A stretch of 64,000 nt of DNA, from contig CAZQXN010000002.1 of assembly GCA_964597545.1 (NCBI GenBank), positions 88,234 to 152,233 on the forward strand, written 5' to 3'. Positions 32,118 through 42,500 of this stretch are shown here, piece by piece. The position numbers were made by a program, and so were the translations under genes. The DNA is from an uncultured Planctomycetia bacterium (lineage in GTDB: Bacteria > Omnitrophota > Gorgyraeia > 1-14-0-20-64-10). The notes under the pieces were generated by a model that did no database searches, was not told the DNA's origin, and saw nothing but the letters and a program-made list of their open reading frames with translations. Every line of letters begins with the position of its first letter. Position 1 is the first letter of the stretch.

Positions 32118-34568
32118 ATGCAGTACGGACATTTCAGCTCAGATGGGCGCGAATACATCGTAACCCGCCCCAACACCCCCCGCCCATGGTTCAACTACCT
32201 CTTTAACGACGTCTACCACTGTTTGATCTCCCAGACCGGCGGCGGTTTTTCCTATTACCGGGATCCCAAGTACTATCGGGTCCATCGCTACGACCACATC
32301 AGCTCAGACCGACCCGGCCGCTACCTCTTCCTCAAGGATGTGACCAAGGGCTCGGCTGCGAAGGAGCCGATCTGGTCGCTCAACTGGCAGCCGTCCTGCA
32401 AGAAGCTGGACCGCTGGGAAGCGCGGCACGGCCTGGGTTACACCAAAATTTCCTCGACCCACAACGGCATCCAGGGAGAGATCACCTACTTTGTGGCCAA
32501 GGAGGCCCCGGTAGAGCTGTGGCTGGTCTCCTTGAAGAATGCCTCCAAGCGCAAGCGCACCCTCTCGGTCTATCCCTTTGTGGAGTTTGTCAGCGGCGAC
32601 GTGGCCCTGGAAACCCATTACCGGAACATCCTCTGCCTCTACAACGAGGCCGCTTTTGATCCCAAGTCCAAGGCGATTATCTCCTTCAAGCATCCCTTCA
32701 AGAAGGAGCACAAGCCGGGCTTCGCTTTCTTTTCAACCACGCTTCCCGTTGACAGCTGGGAGGCCCACCAGGAGCACTTCCTGGGTCCCTACGGCCACCG
32801 CTCTACTCCGAAGGGGTTGACCCAGACGCGCCTGGGCCGCCATGCCGTGCGCGGCGAGGACATGGTGGGTGTCTTCCAGAGCACCGTGACCTTGAAGCCC
32901 GGAGAGTCCAAGGAGTTCGCCGTGGTCTTAGGAATGACCGAGATGCGGGATGAGATCTCCAAGCACCTCAAGCATTTTCGCTCGGTGGAGCAGGTGCGCC
33001 GGGAGCTCGACTGCGTCCGGGAATACTGGAGAGAATCCTTGGAGTCGATCTGGGTTGACACACCGGACAAGGATTTCAATCTCATGGTCAATCTCTGGGG
33101 GAAATATCAACTCTTTGCCATTACCCACTGGCGGGGCACCTCCCATTACCACGGGGCCGAAGGGGGCCAGGGGTACCGCGACACCTGCCAGGATGTGGAG
33201 GGGCTCTTAAGCCTGGACACTCCCACCTCCCTGGAGAAGCTGGAGCGGCTGCTTTACTATCAGTACAAATCCGGCCATGCGGTCTCGGGGTTCTCCGAGG
33301 TCGAAGGCACTTGGGAGAACACCGGAGCAGCCGGGGTCATCAAGAAGGCAGATGTGGCGGTCTGGCTGCCCTACAGCGTCGTTGCCTACATCAAGGAGAC
33401 CGGGGACACCGATTTCCTTAAGAAAGAGATTCCTTTCCACGACACCGGATCAGCCACCGTCTATGAGCATGTGCTTCGCGCTGTGCGCTACCTCTACAGC
33501 GCCCGCGGCAAGCACGGCCTGCCCCTGATCGGTCACGCCGACTGGAACGATGCCTACGACCATGTGGGCGTCAAGGGCAAGGGTGAGAGCATCTGGCTTG
33601 GGATGGCGCTGGTTCGGGCCTGCAAGCAGGTGGCCGAGCTTGCCGAATTCATCAAGGATGAGAAGGTGGCCCAAGAGATGAAGGAAAAGGCCGAGGCCTT
33701 GACCCGCATTGTCAACCGGGAGGGATGGGAGGATTCCTGGTACCTGGCTGCCTTCAATGACGAAGGCCGAAAGATCGGCTCCAAGCAGAACAAAGAGGGC
33801 AAGGTACCCTTGAACTCCCAAACCTGGGCGATCCTCTCCGGGGTGGTGTCGCAGGAACGGCTGCCCAAGATCCTAGACCGGATTGACCGGACGCTGGGCA
33901 CCCCTTATGGGCCGGCTCTCTTCCTGCCCAGCTATACCGCCTTCAATCCCGGGATCGGGCGGGTGACCGCCTTTGCCGCCGGCACCAAGGAGAATGCAGC
34001 GGTCTTTTCTCATGCCTGCGCTTTCAAGGTGGTGGCTGACTGCACCATTGACCGCGGCGAGCAGGCGTACGACACCTTCGCGAAACTCATGCCCACTTCC
34101 AAGGCCAAACGGGACCACGACCGGTACAAGGTTGAGCCCTTTGTCTGGTCTGAGTATGTGATCGGCCCGGGCTCGGCAGATCGTTTCGGGGAAGGGGCCT
34201 TCACCTGGAACACCGGGACCACCCCCTGGATGTACAACGCCGCCACCGAGTGGATGCTGGGGGCCCGGCGGGAATTCAAGGGCCTCTTGATTGACCCCTG
34301 TTTGCCGAAGCGGTGGAAGTGGGCCAAGATCAAGCGTCCGTTCCGGGGGGCGACCTACGAGATCACCATACGCAATCCCGAAGGGGTGACCTCCGGGGTC
34401 AAGAAGCTTACCGTCGACGGTGTCGAGCAGGAGGATTGCCTGATCGAACCGCACGGAGACGGAGAGACCCATGAGGTTCAAGTGGTTTTAGGTCGCGCAG
34501 GCGGGAAAAACCGCCGCAAGAGGAATACCTCGACAGCTCGACAATCCGGTTTGTACCAAAGGGTCTGA
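32118..34568 (+). CDS. GH94-family glycoside phosphorylase (cellobiose / N,N'-diacetylchitobiose phosphorylase-like)
   Basis: N-terminus 'MQYGHFSSDGREYIVTRPNTPRPWFNYLFNDVYHCLISQTGGGFSYYRDPKYYRVHRY...GRYLFLKD' closely parallels the cellobiose phosphorylase N-terminus ('MRYGHFDD..REYVITTPHTPYPWINYLG...LSHQAGGYSFYRDAK..RLTRY...GRYLYV'). Its ~800-aa length fits. Substrate assignment to chitobiose is only suggested by the nag context. Confidence 0.8.
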   Translation: MQYGHFSSDGREYIVTRPNTPRPWFNYLFNDVYHCLISQTGGGFSYYRDPKYYRVHRYDHISSDRPGRYLFLKDVTKGSAAKEPIWSLNWQPSCKKLDRWEARHGLGYTKISSTHNGIQGEITYFVAKEAPVELWLVSLKNASKRKRTLSVYPFVEFVSGDVALETHYRNILCLYNEAAFDPKSKAIISFKHPFKKEHKPGFAFFSTTLPVDSWEAHQEHFLGPYGHRSTPKGLTQTRLGRHAVRGEDMVGVFQSTVTLKPGESKEFAVVLGMTEMRDEISKHLKHFRSVEQVRRELDCVREYWRESLESIWVDTPDKDFNLMVNLWGKYQLFAITHWRGTSHYHGAEGGQGYRDTCQDVEGLLSLDTPTSLEKLERLLYYQYKSGHAVSGFSEVEGTWENTGAAGVIKKADVAVWLPYSVVAYIKETGDTDFLKKEIPFHDTGSATVYEHVLRAVRYLYSARGKHGLPLIGHADWNDAYDHVGVKGKGESIWLGMALVRACKQVAELAEFIKDEKVAQEMKEKAEALTRIVNREGWEDSWYLAAFNDEGRKIGSKQNKEGKVPLNSQTWAILSGVVSQERLPKILDRIDRTLGTPYGPALFLPSYTAFNPGIGRVTAFAAGTKENAAVFSHACAFKVVADCTIDRGEQAYDTFAKLMPTSKAKRDHDRYKVEPFVWSEYVIGPGSADRFGEGAFTWNTGTTPWMYNAATEWMLGARREFKGLLIDPCLPKRWKWAKIKRPFRGATYEITIRNPEGVTSGVKKLTVDGVEQEDCLIEPHGDGETHEVQVVLGRAGGKNRRKRNTSTARQSGLYQRV

Positions 34569-34687
34569 CCCCTACGTACAAGAAGGTAACCCGTTACCCC
34601 TTTCGGGGTAAGAGAAAATGTTAGGTATAATTAAATCTAGTTCACACCCTTGACTTTTAACGGGTTAGAGGGTATATTTTAACTACA

Positions 34688-36475
34688 ATGGTTGCTCATC
34701 CCAAACCCATACATCCCCGAGTGGGTTGTAGCCGAGCGGCTGCCGGGCTTGCGCTTCTTCTTGCCGGAGCATCCCTTGCTCTGGCAGCCCCCGAAGAGCC
34801 CCCCGCCACCTTCTGGGAGCGGCACGGCAAGGTTGAGGAAGAAAAACCCGCTTCCACCACCGCCACCGATTACCGCCCCCAGGGCCCGATTGAGCAGATC
34901 CCCTTAACCTTAGCCACCTTACGCATCCCCACCCAGCACGGCTCCTTAAAGCGTGACCATTCCGCACGGGAGCCGATCATCGTTCACATCCAGGATGCCC
35001 ATGCCAACTATGAAGCCCAGAAGCACCTGGCCGCGATCTTAGAGCACCTGATCCTCTCGCATGGCCTCTCCCTGGTTTTGGTGGAGGGGGGTTCCCGCAA
35101 CGACTCTCTTTCCTACATGCGCACCTATGCGCCTTTGCAGAAGCGGCGCGAGGTGGCAGAGGAGTTCTTAAAGGCCGGCAAGATCTCCGGCGAAAATTAC
35201 CTGGATTTGACCAGCGACTACGATTTCACCGTCTACGGCATCGAGCGGCCTGAGCTTTACGACGAGAACATGGAGGCCTTCTTCAATGTGGAGCGGGTCC
35301 AGAAGAGCGCTTTGGCGGCCATCTCAGGGTTCCGAGAGGCGGTCGCCACCCTCAAGACCCAGCTTTACCCCCAAGCGGTGCTGGATCTGGAGGCCAAGGA
35401 GCAGGAGGTCAAGGACGGCCTCATCCCCCTGGCCCACCATTACGAACAGCTTTCCAATGAGGCCAAAGGGGCAGGGGTGAAGGTGGATGAGGAGGAGCTT
35501 CCCAACTTCATGCGCTTCTTGAATGCCAGCCGCCTGGAGCGGGAGATGGACTTCAAGGCCGTGGAGGCGGAGCGGACCAAATTCCTGGAATCGCTCACCC
35601 GAACCTTACCCAAAGCAGAGATGGATTCCCTCCTGGATCAGAGCCTGGAGCTCAAGCGCGGCCTCATCACCCCCGCCTCGTTCTACGGGCACTTAAAGAG
35701 CTATTTCAAGCCCGAGGCGGAGGGGGACTACCCGGTCTTGACCCGCTACATCCGGTACCTGGAGCTTTTCGATGGGATCGACCACGCCGCCCTCTTCACC
35801 GAGGTTGAAACCCTGAGTGACAAGATCAAGATGAGCTACCTGAACAACCGTTCCCAGAAAAAGCTTTTCCAGGTGGCCAAGGATGTGGGGGTATTGGGAG
35901 ACCTGCTGGACCTGAAGCTGACCCCGGATGCCTATGAGTATTACCGCACCCACAAGCGGGAATTCAGGCCCGATCGCTGGGCCGACACCCTTCGGGGCCT
36001 GGGCAGGCGGCAGAAGCCCAAGCTCACCTTTGCCTTGACCCCGGGTCCCTTGAATGCCGCCATGCCGGCGATGTCGAGCTTCTACGAGGTGGCCCGCAAA
36101 AGGGACGAGGCGATGGTCGCCAACGCCTTAAAGCAGATCGAGGCCTTTGAGGTGCCCTTTGCCGTGCTGATCGCCGGAGGTTTCCACACCCCGGCCTTTG
36201 AGCGCCTCTTCAGAAAGAGCAAGGTTTCCTACGCGGTGGTGGCTCCCAAGGTGGGCAAGGTGACCGCCGCCGACACCGAGAAGTACCACCGGGTCTTAAA
36301 GGAGACCTATGTTCCGATGTCAGAGAAGTACCGCAAGAAGATGGGAGTTGCCCCTGTCGCCGCACCCCTGCGCGCTGCGCGTGAGACAGAGCCGATTTCC
36401 GGCGCAGGCGCAGTGACCTCAAGGCCGCCCACATCCTCGGAGGGCGTGGCAGTCGCCTTCGCCCCAGAGGAGTAA
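34688..36475 (+). CDS. Secreted hypothetical protein (595 aa) immediately upstream of the 3089-aa gene
   Basis: Signal 'AAAGLALLLAGASLALAAPEEP'. I recognise no catalytic motif. Confidence 0.35.
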   Translation: MVAHPKPIHPRVGCSRAAAGLALLLAGASLALAAPEEPPATFWERHGKVEEEKPASTTATDYRPQGPIEQIPLTLATLRIPTQHGSLKRDHSAREPIIVHIQDAHANYEAQKHLAAILEHLILSHGLSLVLVEGGSRNDSLSYMRTYAPLQKRREVAEEFLKAGKISGENYLDLTSDYDFTVYGIERPELYDENMEAFFNVERVQKSALAAISGFREAVATLKTQLYPQAVLDLEAKEQEVKDGLIPLAHHYEQLSNEAKGAGVKVDEEELPNFMRFLNASRLEREMDFKAVEAERTKFLESLTRTLPKAEMDSLLDQSLELKRGLITPASFYGHLKSYFKPEAEGDYPVLTRYIRYLELFDGIDHAALFTEVETLSDKIKMSYLNNRSQKKLFQVAKDVGVLGDLLDLKLTPDAYEYYRTHKREFRPDRWADTLRGLGRRQKPKLTFALTPGPLNAAMPAMSSFYEVARKRDEAMVANALKQIEAFEVPFAVLIAGGFHTPAFERLFRKSKVSYAVVAPKVGKVTAADTEKYHRVLKETYVPMSEKYRKKMGVAPVAAPLRAARETEPISGAGAVTSRPPTSSEGVAVAFAPEE

Positions 36476-36504
36476 CCGAGTCGACAACCCGGGAGGTTGA
36501 ATTC

Positions 36505-39500
36505 GTGAAACGACAACAGAGTGGTTGTGCGCGCCGATTGATTTCCGCACTTACAATCCTTTCCTTTATCTTTACACAAGCTGTTCCGGCGTGGGCACTG
36601 CGGCCGACGCAAGAGGAGGCCTCGCCACGCGCCTCTGCGCTGCGGGAGTCCCAGGAAGACAAGACCCTTCTTCAACTGCGCCAGGCCTTGTTTCAAGTAG
36701 GACGCTTTTTCCGACCGGCTTCAGCCTCCCCCGCGACAGGATTGGAGGAGACTCTAAGGGTCGCAGCCTCCATTCATCCACCCATTACCCTGCGAATCGG
36801 TGCGGATAGAATCTCCACCCTTCATGCCGGCCGCCACACCCGTGTTGAGCGTGGAGATTGCGGTTGTTTTGTCCGGGTGGGAAAGCCGCAGAGCCAGGGG
36901 GGGCTTGATCCCAATGAACTGGTTTTGACCGCGGCTCGGGCTTTGGAGCCCCGCGGCTATCAATCGGCCAGCGCCGGGGTCATTACGCTTGGAGATGATC
37001 CCAGCTTCGACGTTCGCAAGGTACTCGGAGGTGCGGATGAGTTGGAGCCGATCCTTAGCGGACATCCCCTGCCGGATGGCGGCGTGCAATTGGTCCACCT
37101 TCGGTGGCCGACAGAGGGAAAGCCTTCAGAGGATAACCAGCATCCCACCATCATTCGGCCGGATCAGACCAACCCGGCCGAGGTCGAGTTCATCTTTAAT
37201 GGGGACATCACGAACTTTCGGGAGATCGATGATTTTCTGGCGGAGCACGGTATTCACCGGCCCAGCGGCGTGGAGACCGATGCCTGGTCGGCAGCGGCGC
37301 TGATCTGGTACTACTTCCAGCTGCCCTCTGAAGAGCAGATTTCGGGCAGGGCCAAGGCAATCTACATGAGGGATCGGATCGAGGGCAGGGATAAAGAGAA
37401 TTGGGAACAGGCCGCAGAAGAGCTTAAGGCCGAAGGAGTTCACATGCCTTTGCTGGAGGCGGTTCATCTGGCCTATGGTCGCCTGGAAGGGGACTTCGCC
37501 CTGATCGCAGTTTCCGAGAAGGAGCCGGGCAAGGCCATCGGCGCTCTCAAGGGACAGAAGCCCCTTGTGGCGGGGCGGGGTCAAGATGCCGAAACCGGAA
37601 ACTTCCTTGCCTCAGAGGCCTCCACCTTCATTGATTATACCGACCAGAATCAAACCCTTCAGTCGGGAGACATCGTGGTGCTCACGCAGGATGAGGTGAC
37701 CTTTTATCGCCGGAGGGAGGAGGGTCACCCGGGCAGGTTGGCCTTGGAGGTGATCCCCCCCGAGGAGCGCCCCATTCAACCGCTTGATATTGAAGAGGTG
37801 AAGGTGAGCAAGGTGTTCCGGGGCAGGGAATTCTCAACCTTTACCGAGAAGGAGGTTGCTGAGGGAGGGGAAGCCATACGCAGAACCATAGAGCATCAGG
37901 GTCGACTCCCTGTCCTGCGGGACCGGATTGAGGGCCGCGCAGAGCCGATGCCCGGATTGAATCTTACGGATGAAGACTGGCGAAAGGCCCGCGGACTTCT
38001 TCTGGTTGCCATGGGAACGGCCAACTATGCTGCGGAAGCGGCTGCCCCTCACCTGTTCGGCGATCTGGCTCTGGGGGGGGATTCTCCGGAGCCTTTTTCC
38101 GTGCGCGTTGAAACCGGCACCACTCTCTTCGATGTCTTAAGGGCTCAGATTCTCACGCTTGTCCGCCGGTCCGATCCAAACGTGAGGCAGCCAACCGACT
38201 TAGACGGCTGGGTGGCACTGATTAAGCAGCACCAAGGCGGTGCGCTCAAGCCCCTGTTTGCTCAATACCAAGGATTCATCGGAATTGCCGTCAGCCAGTC
38301 CGGCAACACCATGGATACCAACCAGATTGTGATCTTGCTTCAGGCGCTCGGGGTTCGCTTCATTGGGGTGGTGAACAAGCCGATCGATACACCCCTGCCC
38401 CGGTTGACCAAGGAGGATGGAGGGCTCTTTAGAACCAAGGCCGGGGCAGAGATGGGTGTGGCCTCGACAAAGGCCTTTGTCGCGCAAGTGATTGCGCTCA
38501 GACTCATCTCTGTCTATGCGGGTCTGGTCCGGGAGACCCTCCCCCCGGATGAGGCCGCCATGCAATTGGGGGCAATCCACAACCTGCCCGGCATTGTTGA
38601 GAAGTGGCTTGCAGACCCGAGCAAGCAGGAAGCGATCCGGAGGATTGCCCGCTTGCTCGCCAATCAGCAGACCTTGATGTTTCTTTCCCGCGGAGTGCAG
38701 GTTCCCGTCTCCAAGGAGGGGGCGCTGAAGCTGCTTGAGCTGGCTTATCTGTTTACCGTGGGGATGGATGCCGCCTTGATGAAACACGGTTTTATCGCCT
38801 ATTTCCCTGAGTCCCGGGACCCAGCTTTCACTAAGTTTGCTGTGGCGATTTTGACGGACCGGGTCAGCTTAAAGGAAACCTTGACCAATCTGAGTGAGGC
38901 TCGGAGCCGTTATGGACATGTGGTGGGCATCGCCTTTGAGAGCGACCGCGCAGAAGTGCTTCCTCACGTCGATGATCTCATCACCATCCCCGATGTTCCC
39001 GATGAGTTGGCCGCCATCGTAGGCGTTTTGCCTCTTCAAGCTTTGGCTGTTGAAACCACCAAGCGGATCAACAGAACCGGGGAGAATCTTGCTGCTTGGG
39101 CGGAGATGCTCTATTGGAAGCTCCGACAGTTGGAAACCGGAGTCAGCGGGGTTACTCAGCAGGAGCTTTTCAAGACCGCAAAGAGTGTTTTAGAACATTA
39201 CAGCCGGTTTACAGATGACGGACGCCTCGAGCTGCTGCCCACCGCCAAGACGCGTCAGGTTTACTACCTGATCAAGGCCGCGGTTGAGGCGGGAGAGCAG
39301 GGAGAGTATTCACAGATGGAGGCGGGTGTCCGGGATGCAATCCGCGCCCTTCGAGGACAGAGCCTCTCTCTGATCATGTTTTTTGATCATGAACTGGCCC
39401 GTCTTGCAGCCCCTGATCAGGATGAGTCGGATGCCATTCTGACGGCGCAAGAGCGGGCACAGGTGGTCCGTATCATGGGAGATGTTTCCTTCGAGGAGGG

Positions 39501-42500
39501 GAATACCCCCTCCGAAGTGCTCAAGAAGCTTTCGGCAGATCTGGCTGTCTTCTACAGCCAGGCGGTCAGCCGGGGTAGCACCATGAAGGGGCGGTGGAGG
39601 GATTGGCGGTTTAACAAGGGGCTGGGTACATTCCTTGGACGGGATCTGGATAAGCCCCGAGGGCTGGCCAAGGAGGTGACCGTGGATCTGCTTGAAGCGG
39701 ATCTGCGGAGCCAATTGGCCAACCTGGGGGTTCCGGAGGATCAGCTGGATACCACATTCCTCGGTCTTCAGGAGTTGCTGCCGGGGGGACAGATTCATGA
39801 GCAGCCCGGGGTACTGAAGGTTGTTGCTCGGCTTTCAGGTGTCCCTGAGGGAACGCTGCGCCGCCGAGCCATGATGCATGAACAGGCCCACCAGATATTG
39901 CGCCGGGCCGCCCCATCGCAGGATCTGCTTTGGGCCGTGCATCAGGCGGTTGAGGCGGCCGATCTCAGGCGCGTCGAGGAAGATCCCCGCTCCTTCGTCC
40001 CTTTTCAAGCCGCCTTCGAAAAAAGGTTTCGCGGCGGCCACTTTCCCACACGGCAGAAGTTTCTTGAGGAGCTGGTGGCCAAGTACGCCCTTGCCCGACT
40101 GACCGGCACTGCAGAAACGCGCTATGCGCAGGTCGCCCCGGAGATGGAGCAGCTCTTCAACGGCACGAATCTTGATTGGCTGCCTGATGTGAAGGAGGCA
40201 TTGGCGGCTGATCTGGGCATTCCTGCGGAGCGGATGGATCAAGCGGGCATGATGCCCGGGACCTTTGGCCAGCTTTTTGATCCCAGCTTCCGCCCAGAGT
40301 GGGACCAGCGGGCTTCCACTGCCACCCCGGAGGTGATCAAGGCCAGGCAGATGAGCCGGCTGGGGCGAGCACTCGGTTTACAACCGGGGTTGGGGTGGGA
40401 CGCCAGAGAGATGCGGCTCCAGAGATCATTGGCCCGTTACGACCGCGCCCTGCGGACAGCGGCTCCGATTCCAAAGGTCGACCCCGCTGTTCAGGCGGGC
40501 CAGGAGGAGGGGGGGCTCGTTGTTTTCGAGGTGGGCGAGGTCGCCCTGGACAACGAGGTTCGCTACACCCCAGCGAAGCGTTACGCAGATCGACAGTACA
40601 GGCTGGACCGCGCTTTGATGGATATGGTCCGTCCTTGGTTGGAGGCGATTGGGGCGGAGATCAGCGTCAAGTATGGCGATTCTTTGGCCAGGAGCTGGAG
40701 ACACCCGCAGCCTTCCGGCTCTGATCAGAGGCGCTTCTTTAGACTGGAACGGGGAGATGCAGTTGCAACCATCGCTCCGGCCTATCGAGGCCCAATGGCA
40801 GCAACGGCTCATCGGATCTTGCTGGTTGCTGTCAAGGATTCCCCTCAGGAGCCAACGCGCTACTGGCTGCTGCCTTCGGACAGCCGCCTCCAGAACAGAT
40901 TGCAGCGGCTCGCAGGGCATTTCCTGAAGGGCGAGCCCATTCCGGGGCCCCTGCTGTCCGGCTTCCTCTCCCCAGAGCTTCGGTTCGCAACCGATGTTCT
41001 TGATGCCGCAGCGGAGCGTTTCATCCAGCTTCAGTGGGAGCATTCCGAGGAGGTGAGACTCACCTTTGGCGATGCGATCCCCGGGCCCCAAGCGAATCAG
41101 ACCACCCTTTTCATCATAGGACCGCGCCATTCGCACGGCATGCTTGATGCCTTGACGACACCATTGAATCCGGACCATGCGGATCTGAATATCTCAGCGT
41201 CTCGTTCGATCGATAACGTTGCCGCCTTTCCCTTTGATTTCTGCTACGTTGTTGTCGACGCACCCCCGGAGCAGTTGCGGCAGCCGCGCGACACCTTAGA
41301 CGGACAGAGCGTTCTGGGTGCGATTCGAGAACGGGTTGATACCTTGAACCGCTTACGAACCCCTCAAGCACTTCCTGTAAAGCCCGCCACTTCATCTCCG
41401 CCAGCCGTGACTGCCGGCGGCCTGGAGGAGCTGGTTGTAGGGCGGGACTATGCGGATGCTCGGCACGTTGCGGGAATCCAATTTTTGCAGGCTGTCCAGC
41501 TCAGCGGCCGCACGCGGCTTGGCAGCGGGATCTATCTGGATCCCACCCATGGAGGGCAATTTCCGGATGCGGTGATCACGATCGGCGAAGGAACGGTTCT
41601 CTTTGATAATGCCAAGCTCTACGGCCCCATGGTCATTGGCAGAAGTGCCGAGGTCGGCGGGATTCTGGCGGGGACCGCCGAGAGTCCCCTGATTGTCGGC
41701 GCGGGAGCCACGATTCACCGATCGAACGCCGACGTTAAACGAAGTGTTATCGGGCCGGAGGCCGTGGTGGATGGAGCCGACATCGCCGATTCGACTGTGG
41801 TGCCGTTTCTGCGGGGAGTTCGGATTATTGCTCCGGCCGCGGCGGACACCGGCGCTGTTCTGGAGGGAGGCGCAGTTGCCTTCGGAGGGACTGTCGGGAC
41901 CCACGTCAAGCTACGGCGCCATTCGGTGGTAGGCCCCTTTGCCGCATTGGGCAATGCATCAGAGCACAAAGGGGTGGTTTTCATCGGGGCGACCCCGGAT
42001 GCCAATATTGAATTCCCCCATGCCGGTTTTACCGCATCGCTCATGGCGACCGCATTTCTCCCTGAAGGAGATCCGGGTTCCAAGGCGTATTACGACTCTT
42101 ACCGGCAGACCCTTCGGGCGGTGATGTTTGGCGAGTTGGTTGATGCGCGAAAAGCCGACCTCCCATCCCGCTCACCGGTGTCTGGCTCGGGTGCCGCGTG
42201 GCAGTTGGTCTACGCGGTGGATGATTCGGACGTTTCCTTCATGGCGATCCGAGATAACTTCGGGGCTTTTACAGCCGTCAGTGACTACAATTCGTTCACC
42301 GGAGAGAAATCCGGCTCCACCGCCGAAGGGGGAACGGCAACCGGAGTCCACTCGGCTCTGAAGGCCCCAGTTGCGCTGCGCCACCTGATTGCCGTTGGCA
42401 ATCTAAGCCAGGCCACAGGGGATGTGGCCGCCGGGACGCTGACTGCGGGGACGGATCAATTCACCCTTCCGGAATACCGCAGCCTCGAGAGGCCCTTTGC

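Noticed and set aside
39868-39900. An 'HEQAH' (HExxH) zinc-metalloprotease-like motif in the 3089-aa protein
   Set aside because: It is an isolated pentapeptide. No downstream third ligand or Met-turn context could be recognised, so it is likely chance.
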